A stretch of 64,000 nucleotides of DNA from Eledone cirrhosa (taxonomy: Eukaryota), in NCBI GenBank assembly GCA_964016885.1, contig OZ024742.1, positions 139,996,001-140,060,000 of the forward strand, given 5' to 3'. Made by a program: the position numbers and the translations under genes. Numbering within the stretch: the stretch's first letter is position 1; every line of letters starts with the position of its first letter. Shown piece after piece: positions 38,643 through 55,608 of this stretch. Below the pieces are notes generated by a model. That model ran no database searches. It saw only the letters and a list, made by a program, of their open reading frames with translations, and was not told where the DNA came from.

Positions 38643-40406
38643 AGTGGTTTCAAAATAATGTCAACAAAATTGCTTAGACAGTGGGTAGGGCATGTTGGAC
38701 CAGCTATAATAGGTCTAAGTTTTAAGTCTTTTGGGTGTAGTAATTTAATGTACTCACTTTTTTGTTCTTTTACTGCCAGTTGGATTCTTTTGACTTATGA
38801 ACTTTCGGTAGGCCATACAGGTTGCTGGGTTTTGGCTCAAAATTGGTGATGTAGTCTCTTTCCTTATCAGTAAGTGAGTTGTAGTATTTTGAAGCCAGGT
38901 TGTTGATCTTCTTCATGATGTTGTGGTCTATATTTGACGGTATTTCATGATAGAATGTTGTGTCTTTCAGTTGTTCCTCAACCAAATCTTTGTAGTATTC
39001 AGCATCCATTATAAAAATTGCACCCCCCTTTATCTGCTTGTTTAATTATTATTGTTTAATTATTATCATTTTGTATACGTTTAAGTGCAGACATTTCCGA
39101 TTTGTTAATGTTTGGCCTAATATTAGTATTACGTCTAAGAGGAAATTTAGAGATATCAATGTATTGGTCGAGATAGATATTTTTTCTTCCTTTTGGCGGA
39201 GTGAAATTTGATTTATTCTTTACTAATGATTCATCACTTATTACTTTTATCAGCGAAGAATTCTACAAGTCGTAATTTACGACAGAAGTCTTGGGTATTC
39301 TCCTTCAGTTCTTGGTGGTTGACTGTTGGAGTCGGTGTGAATTTCCGTCCCTTTGACAGAATTTGCATTTCATCATTGTCAAGATCTCTTTTGGATAAAT
39401 TAATTATTTTAAGATCTATGTGTTCAGTTGTTTTGGGTATGTTTCCTCCTGGAGTTTTTCTTTTTCCGGTTTTTGTTGTCCTGACATTAAAAAATGGATT
39501 TTTCTCTGTTCAGGATTTATATTCCTGTTGGTGTTTGCTTGATGAACTTTTGGTTGTGATATTATACTTAGTTTCGTTATGTTTTTTTGTCCTATTTTTG
39601 GTATTATGTATATTATTTTTCCATTTCTTGTTAGCATTATTTTTAACAATCTGGGAAAATGACTTAGGTTTGCTTTCAGGTTTAGATCGTTTTTTCGCCC
39701 AGTTTCTTGTGGGTAATCTCTGTTGAGATCTTGAGAGTGATCTGGTTATTCTATGGTCTTTTTCCCCGATCCTTGAGCATGATCTCCTGGTTTTTCTATT
39801 TCTCATGGTCTGGTCAAAGGAATATCTATCGTTTTTGTGCTTTTTGTTCATGATGTGTGCGTTAGGGTGTTTTTGTAGAAAAAGCGAAGAGTTCTTACCA
39901 TAGTTTCTCTTTGATTCAAGGTCAGGTGAGTGTTTGTGTTGCCACGTGTTCTGGCGTATGTTGTGTTGGCGAAATTGTCCACTTTTAATGCTTTTTCTCA
40001 GAGTTCCAGAGTCTTTACCGTAATTTGCAGCATATTCGTCGAGAAATAATTGTTTCTGCTGCCATAACTTTCTTGGTTTGCTTTCTTCTTTTGAGATATC
40101 TCTGATCCAAAGTTCTCGTAGTTTTTCAGCTATATTACCAGTCGTTAGCTTTGAAATTTCGACTTCAATTTGGTCATCGATAGCTTCGTATTTGGCTTTG
40201 TAGCGGGATTGTTTACATTGAGTAATTGAAGCGTTGGTCCTGAATTTTGTCAATGTACGTTCCCATCGGAGTTTTGTTTCGCATTTGTATGCTTTCCATA
40301 TATATATATATATAAATATATATCTATAAATATCTATATCTATCTATATAGATATATATATATATATATATAAATAAATATCTATATCTATATGTATATA
40401 TATATG

Positions 40407-40437
<31 letters not shown>

Positions 40438-40453
40438 ATTTATATATATATAT

Positions 40454-41073
40454 GTATGTACACGTACATACATATATGTATACAGACGTACAGTAGTATG
40501 TATATATATATATACATACATGCACACACATATATATGTACGTATGGATTCACCGAACATTTATTATAATGCTCGGTGTGTTTGTAAACAAACATCCCGT
40601 ATTAAGCCGGAGTGTCCAGCAACCATCGTTGCTCGTTTGTTCAACACTGACAAAGGAACGCTGTACTAGTTTCAAGCTTATTAGCTATCGTCAGCAACGT
40701 ATACCTGCCTGCCAGATTGTTGAATGTATATACTTACCTTATGCATATTAACGGCTGAGTAGCCCAATTTGCATATCGAGTGGGTTAATCGGCCGGGTGC
40801 ACTGAAAACGATAAACGGAAAAAATGAAACGAAATTTCATTTCCCACTCTTAGTACGGCTGTTACTTAAATATAAGTATGTACACGTACATACATATATG
40901 TATACAGACATACAGTAGTATGTATATATATATATATACATACATGCACACACATATATATGTACGTATGGATTCACCGAACATTTATTATGATGCTCGG
41001 TGTGTTTGTAAACAAACATCCTGTATTAAGCCGTAGTCTCCAGCAACCATCGTTGCTCGTTTGTTCAACACTG
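40454..41073 (-). repeat. ~424-bp unit in about 1.5 direct tandem copies, carrying a hammerhead
   Basis: 40454-40649 is repeated at 40876-41073; the intervening unique part holds the hammerhead at 40658-40700. Confidence 0.85.
40658..40700 (-). ncRNA. Minimal type I hammerhead ribozyme
   Basis: Minus strand: acgttg-CTGACGA-t.agct(aata)agct.t-GAAA-ctag-TA|cagcgt; 6-bp stem I, palindromic ACTAGT stem III. Confidence 0.85.
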
Positions 41074-41079
41074 TGTGTG

Positions 41080-44000
<2,921 letters not shown>

Positions 44001-44485
44001 CTACTGGGGTCGATTAGAAAACCTGAAACTTTACTCACTCCAACGTCGCCGTGAGCGTTATATTATCTGCATGATGTGGAAAATGTTCCATCATCACTGC
44101 CCAAATGATGTTGGCATCGCCTTCAAGATACACCCAAGGCTTGGGCCCCGTGCTATCCGTCCCATTCAAAAATCTAAATCGCAACTCATAACAACAATAC
44201 GGCACAATTATTTCACCTCAATCGGCCCTGCTCTCTTCAACATCACACCAGGACACGTCAAAACAGAAACTGACCACACAAAATTCAAGAAGTCTTTGGA
44301 CAAATTCCTCCAAGTAATCCCGGACAAACCACCCACACCCGGATATGTCTCCGCAAACAGTAATTCTCTTCTCGAATGGGCCATGGTGCCCAAATCCTGA
44401 ATTGAAAGACTTCGCCAGGTGGTGCTATTAAGTTAGACATGGCCTGGGCCAATACTGGCCAAAACATTTCAAAGTTATTCAAAGT
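44001..44485 (+). mobile_element. CR1-like LINE 3' fragment embedded in the TA array
   Basis: [53 protein letters not shown]. Confidence 0.82.
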
Positions 44486-44546
44486 TATATATATATATAT
44501 ATACATTATATATATATATATATATACATTATATATATATATATAC

Positions 44547-44587
<41 letters not shown>

Positions 44588-44714
44588 TATATATATATAT
44601 ATAGAGAGAGAGAAAATTGAGGTTGGTAATGGCACATGGAATATATAAGAGACAGAATACTTTTTTGTGAAAAAACATAATTTTATAAGGTAAGGAAATA
44701 ATAAAGGGTATAAA

Positions 44715-44761
44715 AAATGACCGGTTTCGATGGGTCTGCAAAAGCCATCTTTTCAAATGTT
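44715..44761 (-). ncRNA. Hammerhead motif, U3-A8 core variant (left inverted arm)
   Basis: Reverse complement of the motif at 50841-50886. Confidence 0.65.
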
Positions 44762-45117
44762 GATTAATATTAAGAAAAATTAATAATACGAAGAGTTAAA
44801 ATTTGAGACTTGAAAATTCAAGTATAAAATTCATTGTGGGATTTCATAGCAGTTTTCATCTAGGTAGCAACAACAGGTTGACTGCTGTGTCCCTTTCTGG
44901 TAGTGAATGAGAAGTTATTTGGGGTGTGGGTTATTTTATAAAGGTCAGATTTAGCAATCACCAACTGGCCAGCTGCTGGTCAGTGAGGGGGTGGAAGCAA
45001 TATACATACACATATCTTCCTGTGATGGGTAGGAGAGTGGAGCGTGATAGAAAGGGATTTAGTGCACTTACACCTATATATACACACATACCTTCATCCA
45101 CACATACATACATATAC

Positions 45118-45176
<59 letters not shown>

Positions 45177-45241
45177 CACACATACATACACACACACATA
45201 CATATACATACACACATACACACACACACATATATACACAT

Positions 45242-45292
<51 letters not shown>

Positions 45293-46550
45293 GAGAAAGA
45301 AAGAGAGAAAAAAGAAAGACAGAAAACGAAGAAAAGGAAGAAAAAGAAGAAATGCATGGAACAAAGTAGAGAGATGGAGAGATAGATAAAGAAAAGAACT
45401 TCATGTAAAGAAACAGAAAGATATATATATAGAGAGAGAGAGGAAATAGAGATAGATACATATATATATAGAAAATTAGGTAGTGGGAGGTCAGTTGAGT
45501 AAATGTATCAATGGTACATTTATTTATTTATTTATTTATTTATTTAGCTCTAGTATTAATGTAAGGGAGATATATATAGAGAGAAAGAATATAGAGAGAG
45601 AAAAAATAGCGAGAGAAAAAATTTAAAAAATAGCCAGATATATTCGAGGCGTAAAAACCCTATGTTTTAATGTATTAGTATTTATAAAACTTCCACTATA
45701 TTGTAAATATCAGTATTCCTGAATGAGACAAGTATCCATAGTGTGTGAAAATTAATTATCTTATGTTTAGTTTTTTAAAAAATTCATATGTTTATGTGAT
45801 AGCTACAAACAACCATGTAAATTCACATGATCAACTCTGCAAACTCTAAGTTCACGGAAAACATTCTCAATGTGGTATAAAACTTTGAGTATACATATAT
45901 GTGTATTATTATTCCTGTCTTTACTCTACAAGATTATCTATCAAGCAGAAATAGAGAGCAGATTTCAATATACTAATAAAAATATATATCAGAAACAAAA
46001 CTAAAAAAATAAAAAAAATAACAATAATAATAATAAGTAATAATAAAATAGAAAACTAAAAAAATATTACGAAAGAATATTACATATTAAAAATATTACA
46101 TATTAAAAAATTTACATATTAAAGATATTAAAAATAAAAATAAAAAATATTAGAAAATACTACAATAATAAAAAAAAAAAAATAAAAAAATAAATAAACC
46201 ACAAACATCAACCCTTCAAAATTAATTGACAATATATTGCCAAGTTCATTATAAGCATCAGAGTCGAAAAACAGACAAAGCCAAAAATTATCCATCAAAT
46301 CACATCTAGCAAAGATCATTTCAAAAAGTTTATGATGCCCAAAATGGTCTACATGTGTTCTTATATTTAATATAGAGGTTTATCTAGTGTATTCAAAATA
46401 TTTGGAGCATCAGCTTTTAGGGTAGCTTAATTTTTCATGAGGAATGTTTAAATAAAAATAAAATAAAAATAAACAATAAAAAGGATAAAAAGAAGGAATC
46501 AAAGATTTATCGGCTAGTTTCCCATATAAATATAAATCAAACTAAATATA

Positions 46551-48746
46551 CTACATTTTAAATTTAAATTTATATTTAAACGTTGAGTTTAATCTATGTT
46601 TGCAACAACTGAATAAATTTGTCCGTAGATTAAGGGAATTTTTAGATTTTAGTATAAAGAATATCTCCTCTGCGCAGAGGTCACATGTCTCAGAGGATGA
46701 ATTAAAAGGAATCCCTCTTGAGACTATATTCCAAGCCGTCGAATATCTAACGTTATCTAGCTTAAGTTGCCAGAGTACGCCTGATAGTGCCGTTGAAGAT
46801 TTTTTGCTTGGATCTGTGAAAGAATTCTTGTGGTTATTATAGCGAAGTTTAAATTCCGTCGATGTGGAACCGACGTAGTTAAAAGAATTAGAGTCAGTAT
46901 TAACATTACAATTGTATACTATATTTTTAACTAAGCAGTTGTTATTTAACGGACATTTAGATCTATCTCTACAGTTACATTTGTTAACTTGTATATTATT
47001 TATGCTATTATCACTAGGTTTTAAGTTCCTATTATTTATTCTATTAATATTTTGTGCTAAATTTTTGGTGGATGAGTAGGTTAATTTAATTGTATGCCTA
47101 TTGAAAATTGAGTGATACCTATGTGTTCTAGGGAAGCGATTATCAAGAGCTTTGAAAAATAGTTTAGCGATGTGGGTTTTAATGTTTAGTGAGAAAGGGG
47201 GGGGGGGGGCAAACCAAATTATGTTCCTAGTTCTATTTCTTTTTTGGCCTTTGGAATTATTGTAATGCTTTCTATTATAGTTGTTAAGGTTGTTGCCGTA
47301 ATTAAAAAAGTTGTTACTTTGTTTAGTTTGTCTATCATTATCTATGTACACAATCTTATCAGCATATCCTGCTCTAGCTAATGCTTCATTATAGTATTGG
47401 GCCTTTTCGTCGAAAATCTTTCTATTCGACGAGATCCTAGAGATACGTTTTTGAACAGAGTTTACAATAGTGTTTTTGACAGATCAGGGGTGGTTAGAGT
47501 TAAAGTTGACATAGTTTAAGTTTTCATTCAACTTGTGAAAAGGATAGTGGAGACATGTGTTGAGATTTAATGTTATATCTAGGAAATTGACTATTCTATG
47601 GTTGTTCTCAATTTCTATTTTAAGATTAAAGTAATTAAAAAATTTTGTAATTTGTTTACATTTTCTATTTAGTTCAGGGTTATTATTATTAATAAGTAAA
47701 AGCATGTCATCTCTATATAAACCTCCGGTAGTACCAGGTATTTTCCTATGTAGCGAATTGATTAAAAATAAGCCCACAAGGTCAGTTACCTGAGCTGAGT
47801 CGGATGATCCCATAGTTATGTCAAAATTGCTATCTCTATCTGCTCTGGTCCATAATTTGTCATTAAATTCTATCAAAGTTTTCCTAGCCGATAATATAAT
47901 ATGCATTTCTTTGCTAGTTAGGTCAGTATGTTTGAATGCGTAATTTAGTGCCTTATTTAGTAGACTAGGGGTAATAGAAGAATAATAGTTAGCTATATCA
48001 AGTTGAATAAACCTATTATTATTGTTATATTTAATTTGCTTAAACCACTCAACAACCTCTCCAGTTCCCTTCCACAAGCTCAGGTTAGATACACAATCCA
48101 AGTTCTTAATTTGCTGTATCACCCTGTCAAGAATGTTTTTGCTTAATTTGCCCAGGTCCGATTTTGATGGTGCGATCAATCTAACTGGCAGGTCATTTTC
48201 AAAATTCCTCTTGTGATCCTTCATATTGATCTTCGGTTTCCTGGGCACGAAAGGTTGTGTTCTGTTCTCAATTTCCAACTCGTGCATTATACAAGATGCT
48301 TCGACATTCATTTTCTCAAGTTCGGCCTTATCTGCTACCTTGTACTTTTTCCTCAGCTCTTTCAGTATGAGGCCATTATACATGTCTTTCTGCACTCCAT
48401 AGAGGTTGTTGGTCTTGTCAGATTTCACCAAGATCTTCTCAGTTTTCTCTAAGCTCTCAATGTTATCCTTAATGCCTTTCAGATATTCCTGGCCTTTGAA
48501 GTTTCTCTTGAATTTGAGCCCTTGTATGATAGAAATTATATCGTTTTCAAAGTCAGATAAAAGTTTGTTAGGGGGTGGATTTCTTTTAGATTTGAAAACT
48601 TTGTTTAAGTCCGAGACATTTTCGTTTGCATTAGATTTATCAAAGTGGAATGCACGCCACCTGATTCTCCTTATAAAAGAGTCAGATTTATCTATTAATT
48701 GTTTTAAAAAGTCTTTGTTTCTAGGTAGAGGTATGTCTTTTAGAGA
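46551..48746 (-). CDS. Penelope/Naiad-like RT + GIY-YIG protein, ~730 codons in one frame with a single internal TGA; start lost at the inversion junction
   Basis: SLKDIPLP..FIRRIRWRAFHF..KSDKTNNLY..DIANYYSSIT..FDITMGSSDSAQVTDLVG..GLYRDD..SNHP*S..RNIIWF..CNCRDRSKCPL..NIVY..YVGST..FKLRYNNH; ORFs 47484-48431 and 46551-47351 are in the same frame. Confidence 0.88.
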
Positions 48747-50061
48747 GGAATTTAAACTTCGCTATAATAACCACAAGAATTCTTTCACAGATCCAAGCAA
48801 AAAATCTTCAACGGCACTATCAGGCGTACTCTGGCAACTTGAGCTAGATAACGTTAGATATTCGACGGCTTGGAATATAGTCTCAAGAGGGATTCCTTTT
48901 AATTCATCCTCTGAGACATGTGACCTCTGCGCAGAGGAGATATTCTTTATACTAAAATCTAAAAATTCCCTTAATCTACGGACAAATTTATTCAGTTGTT
49001 GCAAACATAGATTAAACTCAACGTTTAAATATAAATTTAAATTTAAAATGTAGTATATTTAGTTTGATTTATATTTATATGGGAAACTAGCCGATAAATC
49101 TTTGATTCCTTCTTTTTATCCTTTTTATTGTTTATTTTTATTTTATTTTTATTTAAACATTCCTCATGAAAAATTAAGCTACCCTAAAAGCTGATGCTCC
49201 AAATATTTTGAATAAACCTTACACTAGATAAACCTCTATATTAAATATAAGAACACATGTAGACCATTTGGGCATCATAAACTTTTTGAAATGATCTTTG
49301 CTAGATGTGATTTGATGGATAATTTTTGGCTTTGTCTGTTTTTCGACTCTGATGCTTATAATGAACTTGGCAATATATTGTCAATTAATTTTGAAGGGTT
49401 GATGTTTGTGGTTTATTTTTTTTTTTTTTTTTTTTTTTTATTATTGTAGTATTTTCTAATATTTTTTATTTTTATTTTTAATATCTTTAATATGTAAATT
49501 TTTTAATATGTAATATTTTTAATATGTAATATTCTTTCGTAATATTTTTTTAGTTTTCTATTTTATTATTACTTATTATTATTATTGTTATTTTTTTTAT
49601 TTTTTTAGTTTTGTTTCTGATATATATTTTTATTAGTATATTGAAATCTGCTCTCTATTTCTGCTTGATAGATAATCTTGTAGAGTAAAGACAGGAATAA
49701 TAATACACATATATGTATACTCAAAGTTTTATACCACATTGAGAATGTTTTCCGTGAACTTAGAGTTTGCAGAGTTGATCATGTGAATTTACATGGTTGT
49801 TTGTAGCTATCACATAAACATGAATTTTTTTAAAAAACTAAACATAAGATAATTAATTTTCACACACTATGGATACTTGTCTCATTCAGGAATACTGATA
49901 TTTACAATATAGTGGAAGTTTTATAAATACTAATACATTAAAACATAGGGTTTTTACGCCTCGAATATATCTGGCTATTTTTTAAATTTTTTCTCTCGCT
50001 ATTTTTTCTCTCTCTATATTCTTTCTCTCTATATATATCTCCCTTACATTAATACTAGAGC

Positions 50062-50092
<31 letters not shown>

Positions 50093-50327
50093 ATGTACCA
50101 TTGATACATTTACTCAACTGACCTCCCACTACCTAATTTTCTATATATATATGTATCTATCTCTATTTCCTCTCTCTCTCTATATATATATATATCTTTC
50201 TGTTTCTTTACATGAAGTTCTTTTCTTTATCTATCTCTCCATCTCTCTACTTTGTTCCATGCATTTCTTCTTTTTCTTCCTTTTCTTCGTTTTCTGTCTT
50301 TCTTTCTTTTTTCTCTCTTTCTTTCTC

Positions 50328-50372
<45 letters not shown>

Positions 50373-50439
50373 ATGTGTATATATGTGTGTGTGTGTATGT
50401 GTGTATGTATATGTATGTGTGTGTGTGTATGTATGTGTG

Positions 50440-50482
<43 letters not shown>

Positions 50483-50840
50483 GTATATGTATGTATGTGT
50501 GGATGAAGGTATGTGTGTATATATAGGTGTAAGTGCACTAAATCCCTTTCTATCACGCTCCACTCTCCTACCCATCACAGGAAGATATGTGTATGTATAT
50601 TGCTTCCACCCCCTCACTGACCAGCAGCTGGCCAGTTGGTGATTGCTAAATCTGACCTTTATAAAATAACCCACACCCCAAATAACTTCTCATTCACTAC
50701 CAGAAAGGGACACAGCAGTCAACCTGTTGTTGCTACCTAGATGAAAACTGCTATGAAATCCCACAATGAATTTTATACTTGAATTTTCAAGTCTCAAATT
50801 TTAACTCTTCGTATTATTAATTTTTCTTAATATTAATCAA

Positions 50841-50886
50841 CATTTGAAAAGATGGCTTTTGCAGACCCATCGAAACCGGTCATTTT
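50841..50886 (+). ncRNA. Hammerhead motif, U3-A8 core variant, in the Naiad-like 3' pLTR
   Basis: cat-TTGAAAA-gatgg(cttttgcagac)ccatc-GAAA-ccgg-TC|att; 5-bp stem II, palindromic ACCGGT stem III, weak stem I. Confidence 0.65.
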
Positions 50887-51026
50887 TTATACCCTTTATT
50901 ATTTCCTTACCTTATAAAATTATGTTTTTTCACAAAAAAGTATTCTGTCTCTTATATATTCCATGTGCCATTACCAACCTCAATTTTCTCTATAACCTTC
51001 GTTTTGTGTAGAAAATTACACTTTTC

Positions 51027-51044
51027 ATATATATATATATATAC

Positions 51045-51079
<35 letters not shown>

Positions 51080-51233
51080 TATATATATATATATATATAT
51101 ATACATATACATTATATATATATATATATATATATACATTATATATATATATATATATATATATACATTATATATATATATATATATATATACATTATAT
51201 ATATATATACATTATATATATATATATATATAC

Positions 51234-51268
<35 letters not shown>

Positions 51269-51476
51269 TATATATATATACATTATATATATATATATAC
51301 ATTATATATATATATATATATATACATTATATATATATATATATATATACATTATATATATATATATACATTATATATATATATATACATTATATATATA
51401 TATATACATTATTTATATATATATATACATTATATATATATATATATATATATATACATTATTTATATATATATAC

Positions 51477-51511
<35 letters not shown>

Positions 51512-51630
51512 TATTTATATATATATATATACATTATATATATATATATACATTATTTATATATATATATATACATTATATATATATATATATATATATA
51601 TACATTATATATATATATATATATATATAC

Positions 51631-51669
<39 letters not shown>

Positions 51670-51781
51670 TATATATATATATATATATATATACATTATA
51701 TATATATATATACATTATATATATATATATATATACATTATATATATATATATATATACATTATATATATATATATATATA
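51027..51781. repeat. (TA)n-CAT compound satellite
   Basis: Read directly. Confidence 0.95.
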
Positions 51782-52107
51782 TCATCATCATCATCATCAT
51801 CAACGTTTAACGTCCGTGTTCCACGCTTGCATGGGTTTGGACGGGGGTATTCCCACTTGAGGCAAGAGTGATTGTCTTGCTCGCATAGGACTGTCTGGCA
51901 GGTTTTCTACAGTTGGATGCCCTTCCTAACACCAACCACATTTACAGTGTGGGTCTGGGAGGTTTTTACCGTGTTGCCTACACGGCCACATTACAGCGTG
52001 GACTGTGTGTTTTTTTGTCGTGACACCTACACGATCTCATTTGTTTCGGCCTGGATGGCGTGGCACCAACATAACTTTACATAGAGGGGTGGTGTGGATG
52101 GGGTGGA
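51782..52107 (-). mobile_element. RTE 3'-UTR fragment, near duplicate of 52671-52996
   Basis: Shares variants (ctggcaggttttctacagttgg, gtgggtctggg) with the adjacent copy. Confidence 0.88.
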
Positions 52108-52130
52108 TATATATATATATATATATATAC

Positions 52131-52186
<56 letters not shown>

Positions 52187-52216
52187 AAAGAATAGAGGTG
52201 TAACACACAAGTTATT

Positions 52217-52592
52217 ATATATTGGTAAACGGAATAGAAAATGCTGACAAATTGTTCACAGTTGAAAAATGGTTTAATTAGGAATAAAAGAGTATTAGTG
52301 ATTGTATTGGTTAGTATTCAGTTGTGGTTTTAAGTTTTTAAGTTTTTACCGGTTGCGCATTTCTAAATGCTTTTCAAAAATAATTTTGAGATAGAGTGTC
52401 CGTGTTGTTTGCCACTCTATCTAAAATTATTTTTGAAAAGCATTTAGAAATGCGCAACCGGTAAAAACTTAAAAACTTAAAACCACAACTGAATACTAAC
52501 CCATACAATCACTAATACTCTTTTATTCCTAATTAAACCATTTTTCAACTGTGAACAATTTGTCAGCATTTTCTATTCCGTTTACCAATATA
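52217..52592. repeat. Near-perfect fold-back (~180-bp arms, 14-nt spacer), each arm carrying a variant hammerhead motif
   Basis: 52217-52398 is the reverse complement of 52413-52592; + arm reads TTGAAAA-gcattt(ag)aaatgc-GCAA-ccgg-TA at 52433-52463. Confidence 0.9.
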
Positions 52593-52605
52593 TATATATA
52601 TATAC

Positions 52606-52664
<59 letters not shown>

Positions 52665-52670
52665 TATATA

Positions 52671-55607
<2,937 letters not shown>

Positions 55608-55608
55608 T

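Larger units (their letters stand above)
36141..40297 (-). mobile_element. Penelope-like element, Neptune-like (RT + Cys linker + GIY-YIG), frameshifted, 3' pLTR with hammerhead
   Basis: NLYGLPKVHK, VSLYTNI, QIRGTAMGTKFAPVYAN, WKRYRDD, YLNFKSCHP.HTKRNIPY, CNDSRCGTC, NCKSRNLIYCTKC; flanked by (TA)n. Confidence 0.9.
44608..50991 (-). mobile_element. Naiad-like Penelope element with ~2.25-kb inverted duplication of its 3' part
   Basis: 44608-46857 is the near-exact reverse complement of 48747-50991; the ORF on - lies between and overlaps the left arm; flanked by TA arrays. Confidence 0.92.

Noticed and set aside
40795-40850. Second hammerhead-like motif on + (CTGAAAA..GAAA..hairpin)
   Set aside because: C3 faces A8, stem II is only 2 bp and stem I is mismatched next to the core.
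48406-49053. 215-aa + strand ORF
   Set aside because: Chimera of antisense RT sequence and the inverted duplicate of the GIY-YIG C-terminus across the inversion junction.
49170-49200. SECIS-like ATGA...AAA...GA in the Naiad 3' UTR
   Set aside because: Spacing is too short and helix II cannot be formed by eye.
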